The notes: generated by a model from the letters alone, not told the origin. A DNA stretch of 64,000 bases from an uncultured virus (IMG/VR IMGVR_UViG_3300031783_000001) (IMGVR_UViG_3300031783_000001), one strand, 5' to 3'. Shown: positions 17,724 through 28,733, counted from the first letter of the stretch. Numbers and translations: made by a program.

Positions 17724-19274
17724 CTAAATCAGTTGGAACGTTGTTATCCCGAAAATATTATTTTTGTTGGTCAAAAATTCTATTTTTACTCTCTCATTAA
17801 TGAATGTGTTTCTAATTATGTCATAAATAGTCGTATTCCTTTTATACTCAAAAAAGTTTAATATTTTATCATAATTCACAACATGACTAGTCAGAAACTG
17901 ATCTGTATTCTTTTTATATAATATTTTTATGACTTGATTTGCGTTTGTACTGATTATTAAACCAATGCAGTCATGATCATTATCCCTGCTAAGAATTCTT
18001 CCTATTACTGTAGCTTCTCTTATTGATTTTATATTACCTATTAATTCCGTTAGCTCTAATATTTTATACTTGTACAAATCATTTTTTAGGTCGTAGTACA
18101 TGTATAATGCTTTTAAAATATTTTCTTTACTATCTTTAATTAATATAGCAAAAAAGTTGTTCTGATGTATAAAGATATATTCTGGTTTATAATTCCTGTA
18201 AATTATGTAGCCGTCTTCGTAACTAAATGTAGGGCTGCTCCCATCTTTTTTCCATATTTTTAAGTAACTACTATTATACATAAAAAAGACTTGGTTGAAT
18301 TGTAGATTACGGAATATACATAGTATTTTCCCTTTTTCATCAATGTCAAATGTATAGGATTTTTCCTGATTGTCATGTTTTAAGGCTGCACTACCAATTA
18401 ATATATCTAAAATATTACTACTATACTGGCTCATTGGTATTATATGCAGGTTAGTGCCTACGAACATGAAAGATCTATCATCTAATTTCAGTATATATGA
18501 ATCGGATGGGTCGTCAGCATCACTTTTTCTTGTATACGATTCAGATTTATACACCATCTTACCTGTAAGTAAATCGTATATAAATGTGAAGTAATCTTCT
18601 GGTGGATTGTAGTCTTCTTCATAACCTTCGTCGTCTTCATCATTCTCTTTGTCACGTGCCACATATTTCATATAATATTCCTCATAATATTCATCGTCTT
18701 CCGCGTACTTATAACAATCTACTTTATAATATTTATTTAGTATAACATCGGCGTATCTTATGCCTTCACAATCGTTCATTGCTTTCTCACAATCATCGCA
18801 ACCGGGGTCTAGTTTGTTTATACCTGTGGATACCCACTTCATTGTTTCGGGCGAAAGCTCATAGTATCTAATAAATGATCTAGTAAGTCTATAACTATCA
18901 AGTTGTACAAAACACACTGTGAACGGCTTTTGAGTGTAGGCGAAACTATTGTATTTTTTGTCATTTTCTTTTATCAAACTTTTTAGCCCATCTATGATAA
19001 AACCTATTTTATTTTGGATAGTGTGGTCTTTGTTTATATTATGCGGTTTAATTCTATAAACGAGTACAAAGTCTCTGATAACTTTGTTAATAATATAGTC
19101 TCTGCTACAAAGCACTATTATGTTTTCATAAGCAAAAATATTGTTTTTTGATTTTTCTATAATAGCTAAATCTTTATTATAAAACACGTCAAAAACATCA
19201 TTCTGATTTTTATGATACTTATAATACTTTTTAGTCTTTATCTTAGGCAGACTATTGGTAACTTGTAGCAGCAC
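17724..19274 (-). CDS. Hypothetical protein with an acidic low-complexity insert
   Basis: 516 aa; AGGTATATTT 5 nt before GTG; an open alternate frame continues to about 17530, so a frameshifted tail is possible. Confidence 0.75.
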   Translation of the reverse strand: MLLQVTNSLPKIKTKKYYKYHKNQNDVFDVFYNKDLAIIEKSKNNIFAYENIIVLCSRDYIINKVIRDFVLVYRIKPHNINKDHTIQNKIGFIIDGLKSLIKENDKKYNSFAYTQKPFTVCFVQLDSYRLTRSFIRYYELSPETMKWVSTGINKLDPGCDDCEKAMNDCEGIRYADVILNKYYKVDCYKYAEDDEYYEEYYMKYVARDKENDEDDEGYEEDYNPPEDYFTFIYDLLTGKMVYKSESYTRKSDADDPSDSYILKLDDRSFMFVGTNLHIIPMSQYSSNILDILIGSAALKHDNQEKSYTFDIDEKGKILCIFRNLQFNQVFFMYNSSYLKIWKKDGSSPTFSYEDGYIIYRNYKPEYIFIHQNNFFAILIKDSKENILKALYMYYDLKNDLYKYKILELTELIGNIKSIREATVIGRILSRDNDHDCIGLIISTNANQVIKILYKKNTDQFLTSHVVNYDKILNFFEYKRNTTIYDIIRNTFINERVKIEFLTNKNNIFGITTFQLI

Positions 19275-19315
19275 TAACTAAATATACCTAAACATGAAAT
19301 AAATTATGACAAACT

Positions 19316-19520
19316 TAGTATATTTACATAGCATACGATGTGCATTGTGACTAAAAGCGTACAAGTATCGTATTTACCTTATTGATGAGCAGGTAGTGTT
19401 CTTTGCTAAGACCTTCGGATGCTGTAGGTTTGTCCGAAACAAAATGCTGGAAAGGAAACTGTAGGATTACAAAAATAAAGAACTCATCCAACAAATCACA
19501 CCCGTCAAATATAAAGATGT
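19316..19520 (+). pseudogene. tnpB: Decayed 5' fragment of the IS605 tnpB with its promoter
   Basis: ttagtatatttacatagc followed by ctaaaagcgtacaagtatcgtattta...gtgttctttgctaagaccttcggatgctgtaggtttgtc, matching 6011-6215, with stops. Confidence 0.85.
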
Positions 19521-19601
19521 TGCGTTCATGTAGTTCTATGTTGATTTTGTCCTATAACTTGTAAACTTTGTAGATGATTTTTAATAAATCTATTTTTATA
19601 G

Positions 19602-19787
19602 CTACTCATCCCAAAAATCATTTGTGATTGTTACAGAAGCGGTGATAAGAAATGTACTAAGAAACATAAATGTAATCATTGTCATTGCTAAAGAAACGGG
19701 TCTAATTTTAATAATAGCATAAACAGTCCAAATGATCCATAATATCCATAACCCAGTAATAATTATGTTTTTCCAGCGGTGCTTCAT
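19602..19787 (-). CDS. Small two-helix membrane protein
   Basis: 61 aa, two hydrophobic segments, paralogue of 17183-17467. Confidence 0.6.
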   Translation of the reverse strand: MKHRWKNIIITGLWILWIIWTVYAIIKIRPVSLAMTMITFMFLSTFLITASVTITNDFWDE

Positions 19788-19871
19788 AGTAGTATGTTTT
19801 GTGCGTGAGCTATTATGGTACCGCAGTAACGACGCAAGGCATTTCGTCGAAAGACAGACGAAGCTACCTTT

Positions 19872-20692
19872 GTGCTCTCGGGCTGCGAGATATCTGCGCC
19901 AGGATTTTCACTTCAATACGACTCTGAAGTCCCCTATCAGTCTGCTGTGGTATTTTGTTTCGAGCTTCATAAATCCCAAGCCTTTATAGACATGACAGCC
20001 AGTAACAGAGCCCATGTGTACTATGGGATAGGTTTAGTCCCTGTCGACTTCTACCTACTCAACAGAAACGATAGCAAGAAACTTATAGAATGTTATTTTA
20101 AAGAAGGCTATATCATAAAAGATTTTATCCATAAATGCGATAAGTACATGAATATAGAAGAAATGAGCCAAGAAATGCCATTTTTTACGTCGAGAAAAAT
20201 GTTTTCGTACATATTAAAAAAAAGACCACTGATAGTTAACATATTGGATAAAGGTCTAATGGCAGTTATTGAGGTTAGCAACAGTTGCTACTTTCTGTCT
20301 ACAAGTGTATATTTATAGCATAAACTCCTAAATATGGTGGGGGAGAAAGAGATGCGCAGCAGCTGCAAATTTTTGTCTAGTTTAGTATATTTACGTACAG
20401 CGGGGAGAGCGAGTCAGCTGCCCAACAAACCGTCAACCGCAAGATGGAACGGGTGAGGGGTTCCATTCAGATGGAACAAAAAAGCTGGCAAGTTCTCTCC
20501 GTAGCCCTCGCCTTCTCCTGCCTTGAGAGTCTTAGAGACTTCTCTCCCTTGAAGAGAGTAATCCTCACAAGGGATTGGGTAGGAGTGGCGAAACGGCTAG
20601 TCCCTCCCTACCTGGTCAGGGGACGACTGTACTAAATATGTACAGTTTTGTATAGTTTGTGTGACCAGGTATTGAAAATAGAAGAAGAATAA
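19872..20692 (+). CDS. Hypothetical protein interrupted near its C-terminus by mini-element copy 2
   Basis: Removing 20275-20669 rejoins ATT GAG G|TA TTG AAA ATA GAA GAA GAA TAA (...AVIEVLKIEEE*). Start position uncertain. Confidence 0.65.
20275..20669 (+). mobile_element. Non-autonomous IS607-like mini-element, copy 2
   Basis: GAGG|TTAGCAACAGTTGCTA ... TTTAGTATATTTACGTAC AGCGGGGAGAGC ... GTGTGACCAGG; clean insertion into an ORF at a GG core. Confidence 0.92.
20399..20690 (+). ncRNA. Putative omegaRNA (TnpB guide RNA scaffold plus ~20-nt guide)
   Basis: Segment conserved in four copies, begins immediately after the promoter motif and ends at the element right end. Structure was not computed. 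Confidence 0.6.
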
Positions 20693-20743
20693 CATAAAAC
20701 TCACAACTGTCCTTTTAGCGTTTCGACACAATAAGTCCTCATC

Positions 20744-20816
<73 letters not shown>

Positions 20817-20883
20817 CCCGCCATCGGTCTGAATATTCAGAGCAAACCATCAAAACTACACAAAGTAATTCACTTCTTTTCGA

Positions 20884-21819
20884 TTGCTAAGCATGCTTAT
20901 GCTTAGCGTACGTCTTACGAAAGACCCTATTCTCATTAATGACGATAACTTTCGTGAGTATCTAAAGCGTATTCGTAAATACCAACCTATATCTCGTGAA
21001 GAAGAGGTAGAGCTTTTGCTGCGAGCTAAAGAAGGTGATGATATAGCCATTGACAAGCTTCTGAAAGCCAATCTGCGCTTTGTAGTCTCAGTCGCCAAAA
21101 GATTCGCAGCTAGCAATCCAACAGCTAACATTAACGACCTTATTAGTGCAGGCAATCTTGGCCTCTACGAAGCTATCATCAGCTTCAAAAAAGACAAAAT
21201 AGGTCAATGCAAACTAATTAGCTACGCCATATTCCATATAACAAAAAGAATAAGAGAAGAAATACACAATAACTTTTCTATACTTAAGATGAGTGGTCAT
21301 GATAAAACTCTTATAACAAAAGTAATGAACATGATGAAATACGACAGCACCATGACCTACGAAGATGCAATAAGCATCGTGCTAAAACAACATAACCTAT
21401 CCGACAAGAAAAAAAAAGACCTAAAATTAGCTATACAAAATCTAAATACTATACCACTATCAGGAGTATTGCACTACCAAAAAGAGTTAGAAGATTATAA
21501 ATATGAAGATTTAGCTTACGACGAGAAAGAATTTGAAAAAGTATTAGATAACGAATCAATAATAAAATTTGTGCATAATGTGCTGGATAAGTGTATTGAA
21601 TTATATCCATATAAAAAAATATGTTTTGATATAGTAAAACTACATCACGGAATATCCACAAAGTACCCTATGACCAAAAAAGAAATAGCTATACAACTGA
21701 ATATTAGTGTGGATAGGGTAAGAGACTATTACAAAGAAGGAATAAAAACAATTAGAGATTTTATACTTAAACATCAGAGTTTAGCAAAAGATGCTATGAT
21801 TCTGTTGAGTAATGTATAG
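20884..21819 (+). CDS. Sigma-70 family RNA polymerase sigma factor (primary-like, no region 1.1)
   Basis: Region 1.2 EYLKRI..YQPISREEEVEL; 2.1 ANLRFVVSVAK; 2.2 DLISAGNLGLYEA; region 4 MTKKEIAIQLNISVDRVR. Real start probably ATG 20893 or 20899. Confidence 0.93.
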   Translation: MLSMLMLSVRLTKDPILINDDNFREYLKRIRKYQPISREEEVELLLRAKEGDDIAIDKLLKANLRFVVSVAKRFAASNPTANINDLISAGNLGLYEAIISFKKDKIGQCKLISYAIFHITKRIREEIHNNFSILKMSGHDKTLITKVMNMMKYDSTMTYEDAISIVLKQHNLSDKKKKDLKLAIQNLNTIPLSGVLHYQKELEDYKYEDLAYDEKEFEKVLDNESIIKFVHNVLDKCIELYPYKKICFDIVKLHHGISTKYPMTKKEIAIQLNISVDRVRDYYKEGIKTIRDFILKHQSLAKDAMILLSNV

Positions 21820-21852
21820 ATTTTGAGAACAGCAGATTATCTATTCGCATGT

Positions 21853-21863
21853 TCAGTATATTT
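21853..21863 (+). promoter_or_regulatory. Class-1 promoter motif TAGTATATTT (representative copy)
   Basis: Motif or 1-2-mismatch variants lie 3-8 nt before the starts at 1009, 6029, 11144, 19274, 21872, 22455, 33096, 35565, 39486, 41710, 47575, 47673, 60311 and 60347. Confidence 0.8.
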
Positions 21864-21871
21864 AATAAACT

Positions 21872-22423
21872 ATGGACGATTTACTTTTAGGTACTGCAGT
21901 TCGTCAATTAGGTTTCCACAGTTCTAACAATTCATCTTTATTTCTTAATTCTGAGCAGGCACTATTGTCTGTTGGTTCTTATGAAGATAGTAATTATGGG
22001 CAGTTGGTAAATATTATACCTAAGGTATTTTTTTACTTTCACTATCCTGCTTACAAAGATGATTTATTGTTTAAGTCTCGAGTGTTACCTTTTTATAGAA
22101 GTTTAAACAACAATGGACTTACACATGTTATGTCTTATCGGGTTGACTTGGCAGCGCTATCTCAAAAAGTGTTGGCTTACCCGTTTAGTACTATCGGGGG
22201 CAACTATTACATGCGACCTAGTACGGCTAGACGGAATCATTATCAAATTGGAAACACAGCAACAAATGTAACGACTAATGTTTTAAATACTAACATAACT
22301 TACATCGGTGGCATAACTACTGTTGGTATTGTTGAAGACAATCCTCAAAATAATCCAATAGATTTTATTACATTCAAACTTCGGGATGTAGATTTAGTTT
22401 TTACTACTTTATTTACGTTATAG
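21872..22423 (+). CDS. Hypothetical protein, probably a virion/baseplate component
   Basis: 183 aa, directly upstream of the gp6-like gene; function inferred from context only. Confidence 0.6.
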   Translation: MDDLLLGTAVRQLGFHSSNNSSLFLNSEQALLSVGSYEDSNYGQLVNIIPKVFFYFHYPAYKDDLLFKSRVLPFYRSLNNNGLTHVMSYRVDLAALSQKVLAYPFSTIGGNYYMRPSTARRNHYQIGNTATNVTTNVLNTNITYIGGITTVGIVEDNPQNNPIDFITFKLRDVDLVFTTLFTL

Positions 22424-22454
22424 TATATTTTTTGTTTTTGTAGTACATTTAATC

Positions 22455-24155
22455 ATGTTACTATCTCGGATCAGGGACGATATAGTTAATATAGTTCGTT
22501 CTTACGGTTACGAGGGTGAGATAGCGGACATGTTAGTGGACGCTCTGTCGTATTATGTATCTGAGCATTTATTGTCTTTGGCTGGGCAGTATTACAACTC
22601 CTCTTTATTTAAGGCCAAGAATCCTGATGCCGTTTTGCAGCTTGGCTTAGACCACTCAGTACCTGTTTATCGTGGAGAAAACGCATCAGTCATATTGCGC
22701 ATACGAACTACTAATAACACACTAACCTTCGCACCCTTACAAGAAGTCTTTTCGTACGGGACACACTATTTCTATATTAAATCTAAACGTTACATCCAAA
22801 TACCTGCAGATACAACCTACGATCTCGAACTTGTATATTCCGACCAACAGGTTGCGATAGTTGAAAATAAGTTATCGCTTTTTAACACCGAAAGGGACGC
22901 TTTTACTATTTTTTTAGAAGAAGGCAATAATTCAACCTACCAAAGAGGGGCTAGAAATTTCATATCCAACTTTTATATTTTAAACGATAAACTGCCTATT
23001 AGTGAAGATGTAGCATTTTACGCTTTATACACTAAGGACAACAACAATTATAATGTTCTGTTACCATATACTAATACGCCCACTGATTTTTATTTTTTTA
23101 GTGTAGCTTATGAGCTTAATCAAGCTAATTTAATTACTGAGCTTTATCCTATATTGGTATTGACTACCCCACGATACGGTATTAACGTACGTTTGAATCA
23201 TAGGTACATAGTTAGGCAACTGGCTTCTGACGTTATTATAAGGACTATGTACTTGAATTATACCGAAAACTTACCACCTGACGATGTTTTGTCTTTAATG
23301 ATAGATCATGTTAACCGTAATTTCCCCGTCTTCCCTAGTGATACAGTTATTTTAGATGTTATTAGTTATAGACCGCCTACTGGTTTAGAGACTAATAGAT
23401 ACCGTATTGCTGAGTGGGCAAGATATAATGGCGTCATAAGAAGTGTTTCAGATATAAACCACTGGTTTTTAAATTTTTCTGATGTAAAGGTATATGATTC
23501 TAGACTAATTACAACAATCAAGACTGATAATAGCAACAATATTTCACTGTGGTACTATATACTATATATACCCAAAGGCAATGTGCGTATTAATGATATA
23601 CAAGATTTTATCATGGAACACCGTAAGTATATATATGGTTCTTTGCCTACTTTACCCATTAGTGCTTTGACCGCTAGTGTGTTGAGTAATAATTTTGTAA
23701 ATACTTACGTATTTAACTGGGCGCCTGCGGGAGCTAATCTGAATAACTCTAGCCCTCCCTGTCCTAGCGGGCAGAATTGTTTTAGTATACTAATCGTCCC
23801 TCTTACGCCGATAACTATTTATATAAGTGCTACATACATGGGTAGTTACGACGTCAATCTAGTACGTCAGGCGTATAGAAAAAGCTTAGAAAGTTACCTT
23901 ATGAAAATTATAGACAGTATAGACCCCATGGTATGGTTTTCTCTATTTACTCGCGTCGCTCACGTGAATTCGGTGCTGAGCTTCTCAATATCTATAAATG
24001 GCGTCGTAGTGTTCTCCATACCAAACACTAACGGGAATCAAAACAATAATATTATAAAGCTTGTAGATTATGAAACTATAGGTTCTTCTAACCAAATAGC
24101 TTATTATATTAGCGATTTTGATTTAGAAGGTATAACATCTTATAATATTTTGTAG
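22455..24155 (+). CDS. Baseplate wedge protein (T4 gp6 / baseplate-J-like)
   Basis: N-terminus YEGEIADMLVDALSY...SSLFKAKNPDAVLQLGLDHSVPVYRGENASVIL resembles the gp6 N-terminal pattern; later GLET...VIRSVSDI. Confidence 0.7.
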   Translation: MLLSRIRDDIVNIVRSYGYEGEIADMLVDALSYYVSEHLLSLAGQYYNSSLFKAKNPDAVLQLGLDHSVPVYRGENASVILRIRTTNNTLTFAPLQEVFSYGTHYFYIKSKRYIQIPADTTYDLELVYSDQQVAIVENKLSLFNTERDAFTIFLEEGNNSTYQRGARNFISNFYILNDKLPISEDVAFYALYTKDNNNYNVLLPYTNTPTDFYFFSVAYELNQANLITELYPILVLTTPRYGINVRLNHRYIVRQLASDVIIRTMYLNYTENLPPDDVLSLMIDHVNRNFPVFPSDTVILDVISYRPPTGLETNRYRIAEWARYNGVIRSVSDINHWFLNFSDVKVYDSRLITTIKTDNSNNISLWYYILYIPKGNVRINDIQDFIMEHRKYIYGSLPTLPISALTASVLSNNFVNTYVFNWAPAGANLNNSSPPCPSGQNCFSILIVPLTPITIYISATYMGSYDVNLVRQAYRKSLESYLMKIIDSIDPMVWFSLFTRVAHVNSVLSFSISINGVVVFSIPNTNGNQNNNIIKLVDYETIGSSNQIAYYISDFDLEGITSYNIL

Positions 24156-24156
24156 T

Positions 24157-26340
24157 ATGCCACTTATAGACAGAAATAGAAATAGACATATTATATACAA
24201 CTATCTACAAGATAATCATGTTGTTAATAATGGACAAGATTTTAATGTTGTATCTGTCGTTACTTCATCGGGTCTTTTTTCCTATCGATACAAGTATGCT
24301 AGTACAGGTTATATGGTGGGTTTATTAGACAGGTTTAGTCCATTGTCTGGTGCTTTAATACATTTTAGACCTAATGCTAACTGCGGGAACTTTGAGGTTG
24401 TGGCTTCTCACGGTTTTGAAGCCGACGAAAGCATACTATCCCTTTCTCTCGTACATAAATGGGTGTATAATAACCCTAGTATTATAACAGGAATTAAACA
24501 GAGAATTGTGGATTTTTTAGAAAGCGCATCTAAATCAGATATTAATGTAACTGCTGCTTTTATAGATATACTTGGTCCTATGGCAAATTTTGTAGGCAAG
24601 TTGTTAGGATATAATAGTGCTGATAGTTTAAGTGCTTTTTTGACTTCTGGGGCTTATTTGTTGCAGCAGGGCAAGGCTATTGTGCCCGAACAAGCGCTGA
24701 TTGCCTACGATGGCATAGAAATGCAAGATGTTAACTATACTTTCAGGAAGACATATGTCACTATAACCGATGAAGACCAGCTTAGTTCAATAGACAAAAC
24801 TATCAATGACCTACGGTATCTTGGACTCTTCCCTAGGCTATTAGGCTTTGATGACGACGATTTCATAAGCGATGGTCAGACTAAAATTGTTCATTTAGGT
24901 CCGAAGATGATAGGTGGTGATATTGCTACACTCCTAAAAAATTACGACGACCCGAAGTATAAAGAGTATCTCGTCAATGGTCTAGCATCCACTTTAATAC
25001 ATGAGGCGACCTTTAAAACCACTTTTGTAGACCTGGGTTTTAAGTCAAAAGGTGTGCTCAATGCTTATCAGGAGGTTGTAGAGGATGTGATTGGCTATAT
25101 AGAAAAGCAAACACGAGGTCACAAAGTGCCTAAGCCACCTAATTTCTCAGAGCTCCCACAACTTAGAGGTACTGCAGGTGGCCGTTTAGCGGGTGCCAGC
25201 TTCCGAATGGGGATAGAGCACGCCGCCATACTACTTATCATAGCCGTTACCGATATATGTAATAAAAACGAAAGAAAACTAGCCTACTTTCGTCAACAAG
25301 TTCAAGACACGTTCGACCTCACATTGGACAATAGTTTACATTACGATGCAATTTTATATGACCATATATGCGGCAAAGTTGTTAGACCCGATAATATAAT
25401 AAATCTTGATGATAATCAAATCGTTCGTAATCTTTTAAAACTAATATCGGATGCTTATGCTAAGGTCTACGAAATTTTCTCTACGGCATTGAATGGTAAA
25501 TACCCTTTTGATATTATGCGAGAAACTGAAAAAACTATTTCTGGCGATTCAGAAAACGAGAAATACTATTTCTTTAATCGTATTGTCATCGATTATAACT
25601 TACTAAACGAAAACGAAATAGACGATAAGGTGCGACAATATCTTGCTATTATACGAACTAGTCCATCTTTAGGTGAGTTTATAGGGGTTAAAGCACTTGG
25701 CCATTCTGCACTTTCTAAGTCAGATGTTAATTTTATAAACTTCTTACGGAAGTTTGGTATCTTACTTGCTTTGCCACCAGGTGGGTACCATTTTGTACAT
25801 AACTATAAGGCTGTCATTGTTGCACTTCTTAGAGGCAAACCATGTCTCAAACTAAGCTCACCATCAGACGAATTAGAAGAAAAGGTATATAAGATCAACT
25901 ATTATGGGTTTTCTTTCAGAAATATTCTTAGAAATGCGTTTGCGGATGTAAATGTCGTGCCAACTATTCAGTATATGATTCCTATAAATATACAGGTAGA
26001 GAATTCGGATACATATGTTTACTCTTCTAATCCTGAAAGGTATGGCGATTTTGGAGTGCCCTTATGGACTCGCCTGACCATCACAATGGGGCCATTTAAT
26101 GACTGGATATTTTTCTTTGGTAACTTCGTAGGTCTAGACAAATTAGCTAAGGCACTTAGGATTGATCCTGATATACCATCTACTGGTACAGCTGCTGAAC
26201 AACCAGGCTCTGGTAGTGATACCGTAGCGTTACCTCAAAACATTGGTACCCCTGCTTCACCAGGCGGGACACAAGCAAACAGTAGTACCAACACTAAACA
26301 AACTCTCGAACAATCCCTAAGGAATAGTGGTAGCACATAA
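24157..26340 (+). CDS. Hypothetical protein, probably a virion structural protein
   Basis: 727 aa, starts 1 nt after the gp6-like stop; low-complexity S/T/G/P tail. Confidence 0.65.
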   Translation: MPLIDRNRNRHIIYNYLQDNHVVNNGQDFNVVSVVTSSGLFSYRYKYASTGYMVGLLDRFSPLSGALIHFRPNANCGNFEVVASHGFEADESILSLSLVHKWVYNNPSIITGIKQRIVDFLESASKSDINVTAAFIDILGPMANFVGKLLGYNSADSLSAFLTSGAYLLQQGKAIVPEQALIAYDGIEMQDVNYTFRKTYVTITDEDQLSSIDKTINDLRYLGLFPRLLGFDDDDFISDGQTKIVHLGPKMIGGDIATLLKNYDDPKYKEYLVNGLASTLIHEATFKTTFVDLGFKSKGVLNAYQEVVEDVIGYIEKQTRGHKVPKPPNFSELPQLRGTAGGRLAGASFRMGIEHAAILLIIAVTDICNKNERKLAYFRQQVQDTFDLTLDNSLHYDAILYDHICGKVVRPDNIINLDDNQIVRNLLKLISDAYAKVYEIFSTALNGKYPFDIMRETEKTISGDSENEKYYFFNRIVIDYNLLNENEIDDKVRQYLAIIRTSPSLGEFIGVKALGHSALSKSDVNFINFLRKFGILLALPPGGYHFVHNYKAVIVALLRGKPCLKLSSPSDELEEKVYKINYYGFSFRNILRNAFADVNVVPTIQYMIPINIQVENSDTYVYSSNPERYGDFGVPLWTRLTITMGPFNDWIFFFGNFVGLDKLAKALRIDPDIPSTGTAAEQPGSGSDTVALPQNIGTPASPGGTQANSSTNTKQTLEQSLRNSGST

Positions 26341-26472
26341 TATTCTACACGAAGTGATAAGAGATAGCTTTACAAAAAGCTATTTATTTATAGCTTTAGC
26401 TTTTGCGTTCTAATATATTAATGGCCTTCGATACTTACCGATCTCGGCATTAATTTTTAGGGATTGAGGAGG

Positions 26473-26867
26473 TTAGCAACAGTTGCTAACTTCTGTCTAC
26501 AAGTGTATATTTATAGCATAAACTCCTAAATATGGTGGGGAAGAAAGAGATGCGCAGCAGCTGCAAATTTTTGTCTAGTTTAGTATATTTACGTACAGCG
26601 GGGAGAGCGAGTCAGCTGCCCAACAAACCGTCAACCGCAAGATGGAACGGGTGCGGGGTCTTACCCATGTAAGGCAAAAAAGCTGGCAAGTCCTCTCCGT
26701 AGCCCTCGCCTTCTCTTGCCTTGAGAGTCTTAGAGACTTATCTCCCTTGAAGAGAGTAATCTTCGCAAGGGATTGGGTAGGAGTGGCGAAACGGCTAGTC
26801 CCTCCCTACCTGGTCAGGGGACGACTGTACTAAATATGTACAGTTTTGTATAGTTTGTGTGACCAGG
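26473..26867 (+). mobile_element. Non-autonomous IS607-like mini-element, copy 3
   Basis: GAGG|TTAGCAACAGTTGCTAA ... GTGTGACCAGG; nearly identical to copy 2; downstream flank GCTGGCGGCACGTGCATCC. Confidence 0.92.
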
Positions 26868-26958
26868 GCTGGCGGCACGTGCATCCTATCTCCGCCGGGT
26901 CGTTGATGTTTGCCTTGCGTTGTCTCCGAATAAGCCGTACAATAAAACCTTACAGCGT

Positions 26959-27261
26959 ATGAAAGAGACTGGAAAACCTAAAAGAATAGTGCTCGAGTTA
27001 GCACTGCTGAACAGTCCAAGCTATCTGATCGACCAAATCAAGACTGTGTATCGTAAAGCGGTAGAAGACAGAACAACCTACCAAGAGGCAGCAGCCGCTT
27101 TAGGAACACCTGAGGCCATAGAAGCAGCACAAAAACTACTTTTGTTTGAACGGCATTATAATCGCCTTTCGAGCGACGAGCTGTACATGGAACTTTATGT
27201 GTTGCCATCAGTGGAGCGCGGTGAAAGACCACTATTCGGGGACAAAGAGTATTGGTACTAA
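26959..27261 (+). CDS. Hypothetical protein
   Basis: MKETGKPKRIVLEL..., about 100 aa, with a CCTTGCG motif upstream at 26913. Confidence 0.6.
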   Translation: MKETGKPKRIVLELALLNSPSYLIDQIKTVYRKAVEDRTTYQEAAAALGTPEAIEAAQKLLLFERHYNRLSSDELYMELYVLPSVERGERPLFGDKEYWY

Positions 27262-27338
27262 ATGTGAAGCAAACAACAAACTAATTAAATTCTCAATAAT
27301 ACAATTTTTACTGAGAAAAACATTAATAATAAAAGACT

Positions 27339-27995
27339 ATGATAACAGAAGAAAATAAAAAGCATTTGGCGTTGCTCAGACAGCTAATAGAAAATTACCT
27401 TTTTGATGAGCTGTCGGATGATGAAGAAGCCATAAAAGTAGCCAAAGACATTCTATCCGCCGCCTCTCTTATCCTCCAAAAAGCTAAAACCAAAGAAGAA
27501 TTGATAGGAGCCTATACTATGATTTGTGTCCGCCTAGCCTTCTTTGGTTATAACCACATAGCACACCATCAGGTGGATTTAGGTAATACATTACACAAGA
27601 TATCATTATCTCTATACGATTGTATAGATGTATATCTACCCAATAGCATAAAAGAGAATGAATTGGCAAAGTCGCTATGGCCTTATGATGTTAATGATAT
27701 AGAATCTATAAAAAATGCAATGAGTGAGTACATCTTTAACAATGTACTTATATTCGGGCCTGGATGTATATTTGTCCATGACTTCATTTCAAAGTACGAA
27801 AACAAAATAAAAGTAGTCAAAACTCCTCGTGAAGTCATGAAGGTTTATGACGAGATAAGATTGGACGCATGGATGCATTCATTGAGATGTAGCGCAGAGG
27901 GGGAGCGTCATGAGGCACTTAAGTACGAATTATTAAGCGACATTTTGCGTTTTATGATTTATGATTTTCTAGATTTGTTGCAATCAAAGAATTAA
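27339..27995 (+). CDS. All-alpha hypothetical protein, tandem paralogue 1 of 3
   Basis: Shares IENYLF..LSDDEEA, LWP, IFGPG and EALKY blocks with the next two ORFs. Confidence 0.85.
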   Translation: MITEENKKHLALLRQLIENYLFDELSDDEEAIKVAKDILSAASLILQKAKTKEELIGAYTMICVRLAFFGYNHIAHHQVDLGNTLHKISLSLYDCIDVYLPNSIKENELAKSLWPYDVNDIESIKNAMSEYIFNNVLIFGPGCIFVHDFISKYENKIKVVKTPREVMKVYDEIRLDAWMHSLRCSAEGERHEALKYELLSDILRFMIYDFLDLLQSKN

Positions 27996-28076
27996 TAGTA
28001 TAAGTAGAGGCTGGGAAGAAGCGGTCTAACTGATTGAAAATATGATTTTGCAAAATCTGATACAACGGCGAATACT

Positions 28077-28733
28077 ATGGTAACGCAAGAGAACAAAAAA
28101 CGTTTGCTAGCATTTAGGGAGCGAATAGAAAAGTACTTGTTTGAGAAACTGTCGGATGACGAAGAAGCTTTGAAAGTAGCAAAAGATATATTACCCTCCG
28201 CCTCACTCATTATCCAAAAAGCTGAGACAAAACAAGAATTGATAGGAATTTATGGCATGATTTCTGTACGATTAAACTTCTTCGGTTACATTCACGTAGC
28301 TTATCAAGAAATAGATTTAGGTAGTACGCTAAACAAAATATCAGTGTCTTTGTACGAATGTATAGAGGAATATTTGCCTAATAACATAAACGAAAATAAA
28401 TTGGTAAAGTCGCTATGGCCTTATGATAGTAAAGATATAGAGTCTGTTAAAAACGCATTGAGTGAGTATATCTTTAATAATGTATTTATATTCGGGCCTG
28501 GGTATATATTTGCGCATGAATTTATTTCAAAGTACGAAGATGATATAAAGGAAGCTCAAACTCCGAGAGAAATTATGAGAGTTTATGGTAAAATACGTTT
28601 GGAATCATTGATTCATTTATATGAATGCTGTGGAAAGAAAGAATATCATGAAGCACTTAAGTATGATATACTGGGAGAAATTATTCGCTTCATGATTTCT
28701 GATTTTCGTGATCTAATGCACTCAGAAAATTGA
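28077..28733 (+). CDS. All-alpha hypothetical protein, tandem paralogue 2 of 3
   Basis: 218 aa, colinear with the previous ORF. Confidence 0.85.
   Translation: MVTQENKKRLLAFRERIEKYLFEKLSDDEEALKVAKDILPSASLIIQKAETKQELIGIYGMISVRLNFFGYIHVAYQEIDLGSTLNKISVSLYECIEEYLPNNINENKLVKSLWPYDSKDIESVKNALSEYIFNNVFIFGPGYIFAHEFISKYEDDIKEAQTPREIMRVYGKIRLESLIHLYECCGKKEYHEALKYDILGEIIRFMISDFRDLMHSEN

Noticed and set aside
20275..20669. Mini-element as a self-splicing IStron (group I intron)
   Set aside because: It interrupts an ORF cleanly and ends in G, but I could not identify group I core elements (P7, 5' U-G splice pair) by eye; a covariance-model search would be needed
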